The notes: generated by a model from the letters alone, not told the origin. Shown: positions 47,716 to 58,416, counted from the stretch's first letter. The stretch: DNA of 64,000 nucleotides from an uncultured bacterium (GCA_963705505.1 CAVPJU010000006.1:384001-448000), one strand, 5' to 3'. Translations and numbers: made by a program.

Positions 47716-48312
47716 TTAAGACCGGGATGACGTATAGGTTCCGGTGAGTTTTTTAACATTCTCCACTTCTTCGGGCTTGTCGAGAATCTCTCCCTTGCCC
47801 ATCTCATAAAGGAAATTCGCATTATCCCGTGGCGCGTAGCTTTTTACATTCGGATCGAAGAAAACCTCCTTCGTGTGCACAAGCCCCGCCCTGTTGTAGG
47901 ACGCAAGCTCGTACTTCATCCCCATCCTGAGTGCGTCGCATGGACACGCTTCGACACAAAAGCCGCAGAATACACATCTCATAAAATCGATATTGTAAAC
48001 CTTGGGTCTCCTCTCTATCCCGTAGTCATCGGCGGGCTCGGCCACTATCGATATGGCCTGCGTGGGGCATGCGACCTCGCAGAGCTTGCAGGCTACACAC
48101 CTTATCTCGCCGTCGTCGTCGGCAGGCATTACATGGAGACCCCGGTACCTGGGGGGAAGCTCCTTTACCTCTTCGGGGTACTGGATGGTAATGGGCCTGA
48201 AATGTATTAAATGCTTGATAGTTATAATCAGACCGTCCACGATCTGAGGCAAATAGAGCTTCTCATACCATGTGAGCTCGGGGTGTTTCAGTACTTTTAT
48301 CTTGATGGTCAT
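47716..48312 (-). CDS. nuoI: NADH-quinone oxidoreductase subunit I (2x[4Fe-4S])
   Basis: TIQYPEE..PRYRGLH, CVACKLCEVACP, CVFCGFCVEACP. Confidence 0.92.
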   Translation of the reverse strand: MTIKIKVLKHPELTWYEKLYLPQIVDGLIITIKHLIHFRPITIQYPEEVKELPPRYRGLHVMPADDDGEIRCVACKLCEVACPTQAISIVAEPADDYGIERRPKVYNIDFMRCVFCGFCVEACPCDALRMGMKYELASYNRAGLVHTKEVFFDPNVKSYAPRDNANFLYEMGKGEILDKPEEVENVKKLTGTYTSSRS

Positions 48313-48383
48313 ACGAGCTACCCTGATTACGACTACATATAACTTATAACATATATCGCCGATTTTTAAAGCCGGTCCGCTTA

Positions 48384-50178
48384 TTAATGCGAACTGTCGG
48401 CCAGCTCTTTTTTAAGCCTCGAATAAACTATCAACCCGGATACGAGCGAGACGACGATCATCCCGGCACCCAGTATAAATGAACCGAGAAGCGCTTTCCC
48501 GACCCCCATCATCCCGAATAGAATGAAACCGACCCCGAAAACCCAGTTTATCATTACGGGGGTAAGCCGGGGCCTTTCGATCTCAGGGTTCAATTCGCTC
48601 ACCGGCTTCCACCATCCCCACGGACGCACCCTCTTGTAAAACGCCGAGAGGGTTTCAAGAGGCTCCGGGCGTGTGATGAAGGTCACCGATATCCAGACAA
48701 TCAAAGATACGGGGATCACCAATATCTGGTGCTTGAGCTCAAGCGGTATGCCCTTGGACCCGGTATATATGACCAGCACAAGGATAGCTAAAAGGGATGA
48801 GGCGAGCGCCGATATCTCGGACCACGCGTTTATCCTCCACCAGAACCACCTCAATAATATTACCAAGCCTAGGCCCGAGCTCATCGCCCAGAGGAAAATC
48901 CAGGCTTTTCCGATATTATCAATATGATACGCGAAATAGCCCGCAAGCACTGTCAGCACGAGGGTACAAATCCTTGAGACCTTTATATAGTGCCGCTCGC
49001 TCGCGTCTTTATGTATGAAGCGCCTGTAAATATCGTTCATTACATAAGACGCCCCCCAGTTGAGATGGGTCGAAAGGGTACGACATGAAGGCCGCGAGAA
49101 AGCTTACGAACAGGAGTCCCTTGAGCCCGGGCCCTAAAAAGTCCTTTATAACCACCACGTACATTGCTTCTTCATCCCCTCTGGCGGCATCGGCTCTCGG
49201 ATAAATTATCAGCGATGCCAGGGCGACGAGAACCCATGGCCACAGGCGGATAATATAATGGTTGACCGCGAACCAGGCCGTTCCGGCGACCGAATGACGC
49301 TCATTTTTAGCGGAACACATTCTCTGTATGAAATAACCACCGCCGTCCGTATTGTGGGAAGACCACCAGATGACCGTGATGTATACAAAAAACGTGAAAA
49401 AGCTCGACGACCAGAAGCCCTCGCTGACAGGCTTGCCGCCCGAGGGGGTCATGATAAACGCTAGATGCTTGGCGTCTATGGTATTCAGCTTGTCGAGGAA
49501 ACCGGAGAACCCTCCGATTGCGGGAGAGTTTATAACCACATAGGCGAGAATGATCGTGCCCGTGAGCGCTATGAAATACTGAAGGAAGTCAGTCAGCGCA
49601 ACCCCCCAGAGCCCCGACATCATAGTGTAGAAAAAAGCGATGGATATGCATATCACGATCGCTACAGTCGTGTCCACGCCGAAAAATATCTTCAATACCT
49701 TAGCCATCGCGCTTATGACCCATCCCATTACAATGAAATTAAAAAGCGTGGAATAATAAAAGGCTTTAAATCCCCTCAAAAAAGCGGCGGGCTTTCCGCT
49801 GTAACGAATCTCGTTGAGCTCATTGTCCGTAATGACTTCGGCCCGTCTCCAGAGCCTCGCGAATACGAGGACTATGAAGACGTGGCTGAACACGTAATTC
49901 CACCAGAACCAGTTCTTCCATATACCCTCGGTCCTGATCCATCCTGTTACGGCAAGGGGGGTGTCGGCTGCGAACGTGGTTGCCACCATCGAAGTGCCCA
50001 ACAGCCACCACGAAAGATCTCTGCCCGATATGAAATAGGAGGACATACTGCCGCTTGCCCTCCGTGTGAAATAGACGCCGAGCACAAGGGACGCAATCAT
50101 GTACACCGCTACAATAATCCAATCTAGGGGGCTTAAGGTTGACAGGACAGAATTCAGGGATACTCCCATGGACGGCAT
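48384..50178 (-). CDS. Sodium:solute symporter family protein; +1 frameshift at ~49080
   Basis: YFISGRDLSWW, SMVATTFAADTPL, QRMCSAKNE, AAFMS|TLSTHLNWGASY; removing one base gives 598 codons. Confidence 0.9.
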
Positions 50179-50213
50179 AATCTACCTGATTAGGGCTTAA
50201 CGGGATAGTTAGA

Positions 50214-51755
50214 TTAAAATCCGGTATCGACGGGCATTATTCCTTTTGCTTCGCTATTCCCCAAAAGCACCCGGGCGGCGGCGGACTGGCATACGTTCAA
50301 GGAATCGAACGCGCAGATGACCGTGTCAAATCCATTGAAACCGGAAACTACGTACGGAGAGCCGAAGGATATGAGCACCTTCTCCGCCGGAAGCGCCGCT
50401 AATTCATTCAAGACGGTCCTGAAAAACTCCGGCAGGGACGACTGTTTTTTCCAGGCTCCGACCGTAGTGTAAACGAGGCATATGAGAGCGTCACGGTCAC
50501 CTGACTGATCAATCAATCTATTTAAATTCGTCGTAAAACCGACGTGGGCGGTTTTAAAATCTATACCTGCATTAGCGATGCTATTCGTAAACCCGCTTGA
50601 AATATCGCCGCCCGACTGCGTCACGTCGAATACGCAGACAAGCGCTTTCCCCGAGCGGAGCTTCCCGCCCTTAAGCATGCAGATCGAACCCTGCGATATG
50701 CGTTCTATAAGACCCGCTGCCGTTTGATTGCCGGCGGGCATCTGAGGGGGCGAATCTATCAACCGTGTGTTCTTCACGGAAATGATACGCCTGACGGAGC
50801 CGTTTAAAGTGCTTTCATTGACCTCCCCTGTGAGAGCCATATCGTGAAGCCTGTTAAGTAGCGATAGCGGGGCCCTGGGGTCGAGTATGATGTCGCAGCC
50901 TGCCTGCAGTGCGAGGTGGGAATTGTCCCCCTCGTCCCCAAGCTTATTTATACCCGACATGTGAAAAGAATCGGTTATAACCAGACCCTGATACCCTAAA
51001 CGTCTTCTGAGAACGCCGTTTACTATAGTCTCCGATATGGTCGCAGGAATATTCCCGTCTCCGATCTTCGGAAAAGCCACGTGAGCGGTCATGAGTGCGG
51101 CGATGTCCGACTCGATGGCCTTCTTGAAAGGAACGAGATTACAAGCCTCCAGCTGCTCCAGACTCATATCCTGAACCGGCATATCCTCATGAGAATCCAC
51201 TCCCGTGCCTCCGTGTCCGGGAAAATGCTTTCCGCAGGCGAGGATGCCGCCGTCCCGGGCTCCCCTGATAAAAGCCCCCCCCAGGCGGGATACGAGTCCG
51301 GGATCGTCTCCGTAGGAGCGTACGTTGATTATAGGGTTTTGAGGGTTGGTATTTACATCGAGCACGGGCGCAAAAATGAGATTCAACCCGCACTCCCTCA
51401 TTTCTCCGGCAATGAACAGTGCTTCTTCATAGACGAGCCCTTCGTCCCGGGCGGCACCGAGAGACATGGTAAAGGGAAAGAGCGCCGCTCCCGATACTAT
51501 CTGCCCTACCCCGCGCTCCGCATCGAGGCCGAATAAAAGAGGTATTTGAGAGATCGACCTCAGCTCTTCCGTTGCTTTCTTCAGAGACTCCTTATCCCCT
51601 CCGAAAATGATAAAGCCGCCGACCTTGTAGTCGCTCACGAGCCTCTTCGCCAGTGTAAGCGGATCGGGCTCCCTGAAATCGAGCCTCGGCATTACGACCT
51701 GACCCACTTTTTCGAGCGTGCCGAGATCAGCTGTGTTTACAGGTTTTATATTCAT
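50214..51755 (-). CDS. nagZ: GH3 beta-N-acetylhexosaminidase (NagZ-type, two-domain, no signal peptide)
   Basis: DAERG, APVLDVN, NVRSYG, KHFPGHGGTGVDSH NagZ motif. Confidence 0.88.
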   Translation of the reverse strand: MNIKPVNTADLGTLEKVGQVVMPRLDFREPDPLTLAKRLVSDYKVGGFIIFGGDKESLKKATEELRSISQIPLLFGLDAERGVGQIVSGAALFPFTMSLGAARDEGLVYEEALFIAGEMRECGLNLIFAPVLDVNTNPQNPIINVRSYGDDPGLVSRLGGAFIRGARDGGILACGKHFPGHGGTGVDSHEDMPVQDMSLEQLEACNLVPFKKAIESDIAALMTAHVAFPKIGDGNIPATISETIVNGVLRRRLGYQGLVITDSFHMSGINKLGDEGDNSHLALQAGCDIILDPRAPLSLLNRLHDMALTGEVNESTLNGSVRRIISVKNTRLIDSPPQMPAGNQTAAGLIERISQGSICMLKGGKLRSGKALVCVFDVTQSGGDISSGFTNSIANAGIDFKTAHVGFTTNLNRLIDQSGDRDALICLVYTTVGAWKKQSSLPEFFRTVLNELAALPAEKVLISFGSPYVVSGFNGFDTVICAFDSLNVCQSAAARVLLGNSEAKGIMPVDTGF

Positions 51756-51793
51756 TCAGTCCGGAAATCCGTCATTTAAGTTAAACTTCGCAA

Positions 51794-52985
51794 TCATAAT
51801 CTCCCCAACACTATCTTTCCCATGGGGACCCTGTGCGAGGCTCCCGTGACTCCCGTGAGATTCCCGGGATTCCCGGAAATAAGCTCGTTTGCCAAAATCG
51901 CAAAAGCCACAGCTTCTTTCGCATCGGACGGAATTCCGTAATCATCGGTCGTCGAGCATTTTATATCTTTAAATTCAGTTCTTAACCTATTCATCAAAAC
52001 CGGATTCCTGCATCCGCCGCCGCTAAAAATTATCTCGCCGATCTTCCACTTGCGGAATATATATTTTTCGTATGAGAATGAAATCGATCTTACGGTCAGC
52101 TCGAGGAGCGTCGCAACCAGGTCATCGAGCGAAATTTCTCCTTTTGCGATCAGATCGTGGAGCTTCCGCTGCTCTTTCCTTACCGAAGAGCTCTTCTCCC
52201 GTGGATTTGGGAGGGCTCTTAAAAAAGTAAGGGTGGGATAAAAGCTCCTTAAGGAGTTTTTTATTCACTTTGCCCTGTGATGCGTATTCGCCGTCCTTGT
52301 CGAAACCCTTCTCGCCTCCGGTAGCGATGCTTATAACCCTGTCCATAAGCATATTCCCGGGGCCCGTGTCGAACGCGATCACATCGTCCATGCTTTCCGT
52401 AACGACGGTCGCATTCGCTATCCCGCCTATATTCTGAGCTATGCGGACCTCGCCGGGCTTTTTAAACAGCAGGTAATCCGCATAAGGAACCAGCGGAGCA
52501 CCCTCGCCGCCCGCGGCTACGTCGCGGGTCCTGAAATCGCCCACGGTCGTAATCCCGGTGCGCTCGGCGATTACGTCTATCTCCCCCAACTGGAGTGTCG
52601 AGGGTATTCCATTATTATAGGACGGGGGGTTATGATAAACCGTCTGTCCGTGGGACCCTATCAAATCCACACTGTCCTTCCCTATCCCGGCCTCGCTTAT
52701 TACCGAAAGCGCCGCGTCCGCGAACGCCTCGCCGATCAGGAAATTGAGTCGAGAGACATCGCCCGGGGAGCAGACAGGCGTCAAACCGTCGAGCCTCCGC
52801 CTTATATCTTCCTCATAAGGAACGCATACGAACTTTATAACTTCGATCCGCGTGCCCGCGCCGCTGCCGAAAATTTTCACGAGGGCCGCGTCGACGCCGT
52901 CCCTTGAAGTGCCGGACATGAGACCGACGACGAGCTTTTCCTTCCTGTCAAAAAGTGATTGAAGGGTTTTGATCATATAGTGCAT
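51794..52985 (-). CDS. anmK: Anhydro-N-acetylmuramic acid kinase; +1 frameshift at ~52166
   Basis: GLMSGTSRDGVD, GSHGQT, GGEGAPL, NIGGIAN, FDTGPGN, PKSTGEE; second frame SGGG..N, KEAVAFA; 397 codons when joined. Confidence 0.93.
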
Positions 52986-53040
52986 GGTGTTCAGGTTCTC
53001 TGATTTAGAAGATATTAGAGATTAGTCCGCAAAACATTTA

Positions 53041-53937
53041 TCAAGTTAATGCCTTACGTAAAAATCCGTTATTTTTCAGCAACAAATCTTTCGCTTGTCG
53101 ATACGTCAGATTCTTTTTCCCCATTACGACCGCAGCCTTTACGTCCCAGCCGGATTTCTTGAGCAGCTTGGCTGCCTTCTCCTCGTCCACACCGGCGATT
53201 TCCATTACAATCCGCTTTGCCCTGTCCCTGAGCTTCGCCGACCCGGGCTGCACATCGACCATCAGGTTCCCGTAGGTCTTTCCCAGCTTGACCATGGAAG
53301 CTGTCGTAAGCATGTTTAAAACCATCTTTGTCGCGGTGCCGGCCTTCATGCGCGTGGAACCCACGACGGCTTCGGGGCCGACGAGCACAGAAATGATAAT
53401 ATCCGCCGCGTGCTCATCCGCGGGATTGCAGGTAACGAGGACCCTGCCGCTCCCTTTTTTTTCAGCATACGAGAGGGCGCTCTCGACGAAAGGGGTCGCC
53501 GCGCTCGCGGCTATTCCCACGAGGACGTCTTTTTTACAGAGCCCTATTTTTTTAAGCTCCGCTCTCGATTCTTCGGCGGAGTCTTCTGCTCCTTCGACAG
53601 ATTTCCACACCGCTTTCCTCCCCCCGGCTATTATCGCCCGTATCATGGAAGGGTCCGTTCCGAATGTCGGGGGGCATTCCGCCGCTTCCATCACGCCAAG
53701 CCGCCCGCTCGTCCCGGCGCCGATAAAAATAAGGCGTCCTCCCCGGCTAATCCTTTCGACGATAAGGTCCACGGCCCCGGCGATATTTTCCTTTTGCTTT
53801 GCAACGGCTTCCGTGATCGTACTGTCCTCCGCTAAAATCGACTCGACTATCTCAATGGGGGAGCATTCGTCGAGGCGGAGGGTGCGCGGGTTAATTTTCT
53901 CCGTAAGGAGGTGTCCTGTCTTTCGGCTCTTTGCCAC
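53041..53937 (-). CDS. murQ: N-acetylmuramic acid 6-phosphate etherase
   Basis: LTEKINP, GAGTSGRLG, ECPPTFG, EGAED, GSTRMKAGTATKMVLN; GTG start 53937 (longer ORF overlaps tRNA). Confidence 0.95.
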   Translation of the reverse strand: MAKSRKTGHLLTEKINPRTLRLDECSPIEIVESILAEDSTITEAVAKQKENIAGAVDLIVERISRGGRLIFIGAGTSGRLGVMEAAECPPTFGTDPSMIRAIIAGGRKAVWKSVEGAEDSAEESRAELKKIGLCKKDVLVGIAASAATPFVESALSYAEKKGSGRVLVTCNPADEHAADIIISVLVGPEAVVGSTRMKAGTATKMVLNMLTTASMVKLGKTYGNLMVDVQPGSAKLRDRAKRIVMEIAGVDEEKAAKLLKKSGWDVKAAVVMGKKNLTYRQAKDLLLKNNGFLRKALT

Positions 53938-53992
53938 GGGAGTAATTATATCCCGAAGAGATGAAGTTATTAATACGGCGGTAATATATTTA

Positions 53993-54021
53993 TTGACAAT
54001 CCTGCGCGCATATAATAGATT
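53993..54021 (+). promoter_or_regulatory. Sigma70-type promoter of tRNA-Gly
   Basis: TTGACA-N17-TAGATT just upstream of the tRNA. Confidence 0.6.
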
Positions 54022-54033
54022 TTTCGTGTAAAA

Positions 54034-54109
54034 GCGGGTGTAGCTCAGCTGGTAGAGCATAAGCTTCCCAAGCTTAGGGTCGCGGGTTCGAATCCCGTCG
54101 CCCGCTCCA
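54034..54109 (+). tRNA. tRNA-Gly (anticodon CCC)
   Basis: 76-nt cloverleaf: acceptor GCGGGTG/CGCCCGC, anticodon arm TAAGC-TTCCCAA-GCTTA, GGTTCGAATCC, encoded CCA. Confidence 0.97.
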
Positions 54110-55212
54110 TTGTTTTATACAACATCTCCGAATAGTTATGTAAAGGTCGCTACCGTGGGATAGGCGTTCTATTTAGAGCATGGCGTCCGAATAGGTGTCT
54201 ATAACAACCCTAAAGTCAGACTTTGAATGCTTATAGGGATTTATTGCAAATGAACTGTCAAACCCCCGGAAAGTAGCCCGCGGTCTGGCTGAAGCCGAAG
54301 GCAATAGCCACTTTCACTTGCCTTTCTTCAGTCCATCCCGCCAGGCCATAGCCTCGAGTTCGACGCGGACAGCGTCCTCTACAGGAATCACGGGCCGCGC
54401 CTGGAATTCGAAAGCAGGCCAGGTCGAACAAAATTTGTGAATGGCCAGGGGATCGTCGCAGTCAACCAACACATGCCCACCCCACTCACCGACTCGCACT
54501 ACGAACAATTCGATATTGAAATTGGCAGGCGCCTTCCATTGACTGAACACTTCGAGTATTCGCTTCTGGGCATTCTCGTACTCCGTAGGCGAACCTTGCG
54601 GGCGTTCGAACCAGCTGATCATGTACTTCATCGGCATCCTCCTTTATTGTGTTGATGTCATCGGAACGATAGCCGTTCGGACGGGCTAACTACGAAATAT
54701 ACTGCAAAAACTACTATCCTAACTTATGGTACACACAATAAAATAAATCCATTTTATGCATAAACCTTTTCTATTCCTACTATCTCAAAAAAATAACCTC
54801 GTGTCAAGACCAATTCTCTGACCCGTCACCTTCTTGCGAGTCACTGTTTGCCCCGAGGACGATAGAAATGATTTGCAAACATTTGACCTTTGCCCGGAGG
54901 AGCTTTTAGAGTCTGTTTTAAAACTCGACATATCGAGCAAGCCTTCGTGACATAAGTTTTATCATAGCGGTATTAACGACTAGGTCGGAAATCATGGTTT
55001 ATTATAATCTTTGATAGAAAGAGTGTTTATGTCGAACAGGTGTCCGTATGTTATGAATTTTCACCCTAAGGTACAGATTGGTATGGGCTAGTTAAAATTT
55101 CGTAACATATTGTGGTTATATTTTCTATACTACTGAGTACCAATCAGTAAAACTATCAAAACCCCTTCCCAAGCTTAGGGTCGCGGGTTCGAATCCCGTC
55201 GCCCGCTCCATT
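54064..55212. mobile_element. ~1.1-kb genomic islet integrated in tRNA-Gly, bounded by 48-bp direct repeats (attL 54064-54111, attR 55165-55212); no integrase
   Basis: Exact duplication CTTCCCAAGCTTAGGGTCGCGGGTTCGAATCCCGTCGCCCGCTCCATT; AT-rich interior. Confidence 0.85.
54314..54631 (-). CDS. DUF3303-like small protein (islet cargo)
   Basis: MKYMISW..., GG.VLV.CDD, F...PV.PVED pattern; AAGGAGG RBS. Confidence 0.7.
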   Translation of the reverse strand: MKYMISWFERPQGSPTEYENAQKRILEVFSQWKAPANFNIELFVVRVGEWGGHVLVDCDDPLAIHKFCSTWPAFEFQARPVIPVEDAVRVELEAMAWRDGLKKGK

Positions 55213-55266
55213 CAAAACAATTAACTGATAAAAAACAGGATTCGAACCCGCTCGGACAATAGAACG

Positions 55267-56346
55267 CTAGTTCGTGGATGAAACGTCTTTTCCCGATTGG
55301 CCGGCTTTTTCCTGCTCGATAAAGTACTTCACGGCGGCGCGCACGAACCTGCTCCTTTCGGCTTCGCCCAGGATACCCTTTAAGCTGTCATACACGCTGG
55401 GGTCGATCAGAAGCGCCCCGAGAGTGCCTTCCCCTCCCTTGAGCATCTCCGATATCTCTTTAAAATTCGACATGGTCTCTTTGAGATCGGTAATCACGCC
55501 GTTGTCGCCGTTCAGATTAGCCGTCGCAGTTTTCAAATTCGCCACGGTGGAGTTTATATCGTTCGTAAGGTTTTTATTGTAAACAAGGTCATGGAGTGTG
55601 CCGTCACCTTCGTTAATCTGGTCAATCATTTTGTCCAATTTCGTAACGGCCTTGTTGAGCTTAATGATAGCGTTCTCTTCCGATTTTCCGGACTTGCTCT
55701 TTTCACCGTAGATCATCGTATTCAGGATTCCGTTATTTTTCTCTATGGCTTCGATGTTCTTTTGAATAGCCTCGGAACTCGCCCTTATGGAGGCGATGGT
55801 TTTACTGATATTGGTTATATTCTCCTTCTCCCCGAAGGCTTTCACGATTTTGTCCAGGCTTTCGGAGATGCTTATAATGTTAGCCAGCAAATCCCCCGAC
55901 TGGCCGATTATACTCGCAAATTCGACCGGGGTCTGGCTCTCTATCTCCATGGATTCAGGGATCCGGGCAAGCGGCATTTGAACTCCGGGAATTATTTCTA
56001 TGTATTTATCCCCTAAAAGCCCCTCGGTCCTTATAGTAGCTTTTGCGTCGGGATTAATTCTGCTCATTCCGTCTTTGGTGACCTTCATCGTAACCGTTAT
56101 TATTTTATCGCCAACCGGCTTCGGGGAGAATTCTATATCGATGACCTCGCCTATCCTTACACCCGAGAGCCTTACGGCTGCCCCCTTTATCAGACCCGCG
56201 GTGTTCGTAAAGGACGTGGTGATCGTATAACTCTTCTCAAAAAACCGCCGTTCCCCGGACAGAAAAAATATGATCAAAATCAATACGCTTAGAGTTATTA
56301 ATACGAACAGGCCGACTCTAAAATTCAGAACCCTCTGATTTCTCAT
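55267..56346 (-). CDS. MlaD/MCE family protein
   Basis: RVGLFV TM, GLIKGAAVRLSGVRIGEV, TEGLLGDKYIEIIPG, helical GEGTLG repeats. Confidence 0.9.
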   Translation of the reverse strand: MRNQRVLNFRVGLFVLITLSVLILIIFFLSGERRFFEKSYTITTSFTNTAGLIKGAAVRLSGVRIGEVIDIEFSPKPVGDKIITVTMKVTKDGMSRINPDAKATIRTEGLLGDKYIEIIPGVQMPLARIPESMEIESQTPVEFASIIGQSGDLLANIISISESLDKIVKAFGEKENITNISKTIASIRASSEAIQKNIEAIEKNNGILNTMIYGEKSKSGKSEENAIIKLNKAVTKLDKMIDQINEGDGTLHDLVYNKNLTNDINSTVANLKTATANLNGDNGVITDLKETMSNFKEISEMLKGGEGTLGALLIDPSVYDSLKGILGEAERSRFVRAAVKYFIEQEKAGQSGKDVSSTN

Positions 56347-56654
56347 GAAACCGATCTCCCGAGAATTAAATTAACACTATTAAAGATGCCGATAATATTG
56401 AATAAATATTAAACCCAATTATGTCGAATGGTAAGATTATACGTAAGATTAATAAAATTCTCAAAACATTAGGGAATTGGTAATCCGCGCCGCCGATCGT
56501 AGTTTGACCGTTTGATGCCCGTCTATTGGAATTTCCAAGCGTTCCGCTACAATATTACTTTCACCGGAGCTCGGGTAAAAATTACTTTCCAAACATCGCC
56601 GATGACTTTAGGGAACAGACTGTCCGATAATCTTATCCGGGAAGGAGTGCAAAT

Positions 56655-58217
56655 ATGAACAAAATACACAGAGCCATCATAAGCGTTTCCGATAAAGAGG
56701 GCATAAGCAATTTCGCGAAGGGCCTCAGGGAATTCGATATAGAGATACTATCGACGGGCGGTACGGCAAAACGTCTCAGGGACGGGGGGATAGAAGTGAC
56801 GGAGATATCCGAGTTTACGGGGTCTCCTGAAATCCTGGGCGGCAGGGTAAAAACACTGCACCCCAAGATCCACGGCGGAATTCTCGGGCTCAGGGACGAT
56901 GAGGCCCATGTTAAACAGATGAAAGAGAACGGGATTGAGCCGATCGAGCTCATCGTAGTCAACCTGTACCCGTTTGAGGATGTAATTAAAAAAGAAGACG
57001 TGGACCTCAGCGAGGCGATTGAAAATATAGACATCGGCGGTCCTACGCTTCTGAGGGCCGCTGCAAAGAACTACAAGTTTGTCACTATCCTAACTCACCC
57101 GGAAGACTATAAAGACCTTCTGAAGGAGCTGAAGAAGAATAAAGGCGCCGTATCGCCCGAGACGAATTTCAGGCTCGCCGTTAAAGCGTTCTCCTACGTA
57201 GCCCGTTACGACGCTGCGATCTCGAACTACCTGGGGGCGCTCGAGAAGGACGGCGGGAAAAATAAATTCCCGGCGACCATAACCATGCACCTCGAAAAGA
57301 AGATGAAGCTCAGGTACGGGGAAAATCCTCACCAGGAAGGGGCCTTCTACGTCCTTCCCGAAATTAACGAGCCCTGCATCTCGAATTCGGATCAGCTGCA
57401 GGGAAAGGAGCTTTCGCTCAATAATATATACGACACGGATGCGGCGCTCGAAGCGGTAAAAGACTTTTCAGAGACGGCGTGCGTTATTGTGAAGCATAAC
57501 AACCCCTGCGGAGTCGCGACCGACGAGAGTGTGATGGGGGCGTTCCTCAAAGCCAAAGCGTGCGACCCGGTCAGTGCATTCGGCGGCATAGTCGCTTTCA
57601 ATAAGGAAGTGGACGAGGTCACTGCTTCTGAGCTCGCCAACATGTTCCTCGAAGTGGTAATTGCGCCCGGCTATTCCGAAAAAGCCCTCGAAGTGCTCTC
57701 GAGCAAGGGGAATTTGCGGGTAATGAAGACCGCTCCCCTCATAAATAGCGCAAGGCCGGGTCTCGATTTCAAAAAGGTAGCCGGAGGGGCCCTGATTCAG
57801 GACAGGGACACGGGCATAAACGATGACTTCAGGGATATGAAGGTTGAGACCAAGCGCCAGCCCACTGATGAAGAGCTCGAGGCGCTGAAATTCGCCTGGA
57901 AGGTATGCAAGCATGTAAAATCCAATGCCATAGTCTTCGCCGGAGACGGGCAGACAGTCGGCATCGGGGCGGGACAGATGAGCAGGGTGGATTCAGTTAA
58001 AATCGCGACGTTTAAAGCGGTGCTGCCGACAAAGGGGACGGTAATGGCTTCAGACGCCTTTTTCCCGTTCAGGGACGGTATAGACGAAGCGGCAAAAGCG
58101 GGAATCACCGCCATCGTGCAGCCCGGGGGCTCGATAAGGGATAAAGAGATAATCGCCGCTGCGGACGAGCACGGCATGGCTATGGTATTCACAGGGGTGA
58201 GGCATTTCAAGCACTGA
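56655..58217 (+). CDS. purH: Bifunctional AICAR formyltransferase/IMP cyclohydrolase
   Basis: AIISVSDK, GRVKTLHP, IDIGGP, LRYGENPHQ, SDAFFPF, RHFKH. Confidence 0.98.
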   Translation: MNKIHRAIISVSDKEGISNFAKGLREFDIEILSTGGTAKRLRDGGIEVTEISEFTGSPEILGGRVKTLHPKIHGGILGLRDDEAHVKQMKENGIEPIELIVVNLYPFEDVIKKEDVDLSEAIENIDIGGPTLLRAAAKNYKFVTILTHPEDYKDLLKELKKNKGAVSPETNFRLAVKAFSYVARYDAAISNYLGALEKDGGKNKFPATITMHLEKKMKLRYGENPHQEGAFYVLPEINEPCISNSDQLQGKELSLNNIYDTDAALEAVKDFSETACVIVKHNNPCGVATDESVMGAFLKAKACDPVSAFGGIVAFNKEVDEVTASELANMFLEVVIAPGYSEKALEVLSSKGNLRVMKTAPLINSARPGLDFKKVAGGALIQDRDTGINDDFRDMKVETKRQPTDEELEALKFAWKVCKHVKSNAIVFAGDGQTVGIGAGQMSRVDSVKIATFKAVLPTKGTVMASDAFFPFRDGIDEAAKAGITAIVQPGGSIRDKEIIAAADEHGMAMVFTGVRHFKH

Positions 58218-58416
58218 TATGGACCCTCTCGTTTTATATACCCACCAAAGCCCATAAGGCTTCAACTCCGAGGGAACAGCTTGCGCTTATCCGTCGTTAA
58301 ATCTATATATGATCTCAGGCTTTGAATGCGGGGATACCCGATTTTAGATCCGGCTTACTTAAATACACATCTAACATTTTGACGCTAATTATCATCTGTT
58401 CTATACTAGGTTAAAA

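Noticed and set aside
53938..54060. N-terminal extension of murQ in the ORF track
   Set aside because: Runs antisense through the tRNA and its promoter; MurQ-like sequence starts near GTG 53937
54660..54930. Possible integron attC core (GTTAGCC upstream of the DUF3303-like gene) and IS-end-like TAGAGTCTGTTTTAAAACTC
   Set aside because: No matching inverse core after the gene, no partner inverted repeat, and no integrase or transposase; too short to support
55165..55212. Second tRNA-Gly gene
   Set aside because: Only the 3' part is present; the 5' acceptor strand and D-arm are missing, so it is an att repeat
56400..56654. ZTP (pfl) or purine riboswitch upstream of purH
   Set aside because: Could not find the conserved GACTGGCG..GTGG and CGCCTGGG elements or a purine aptamer core
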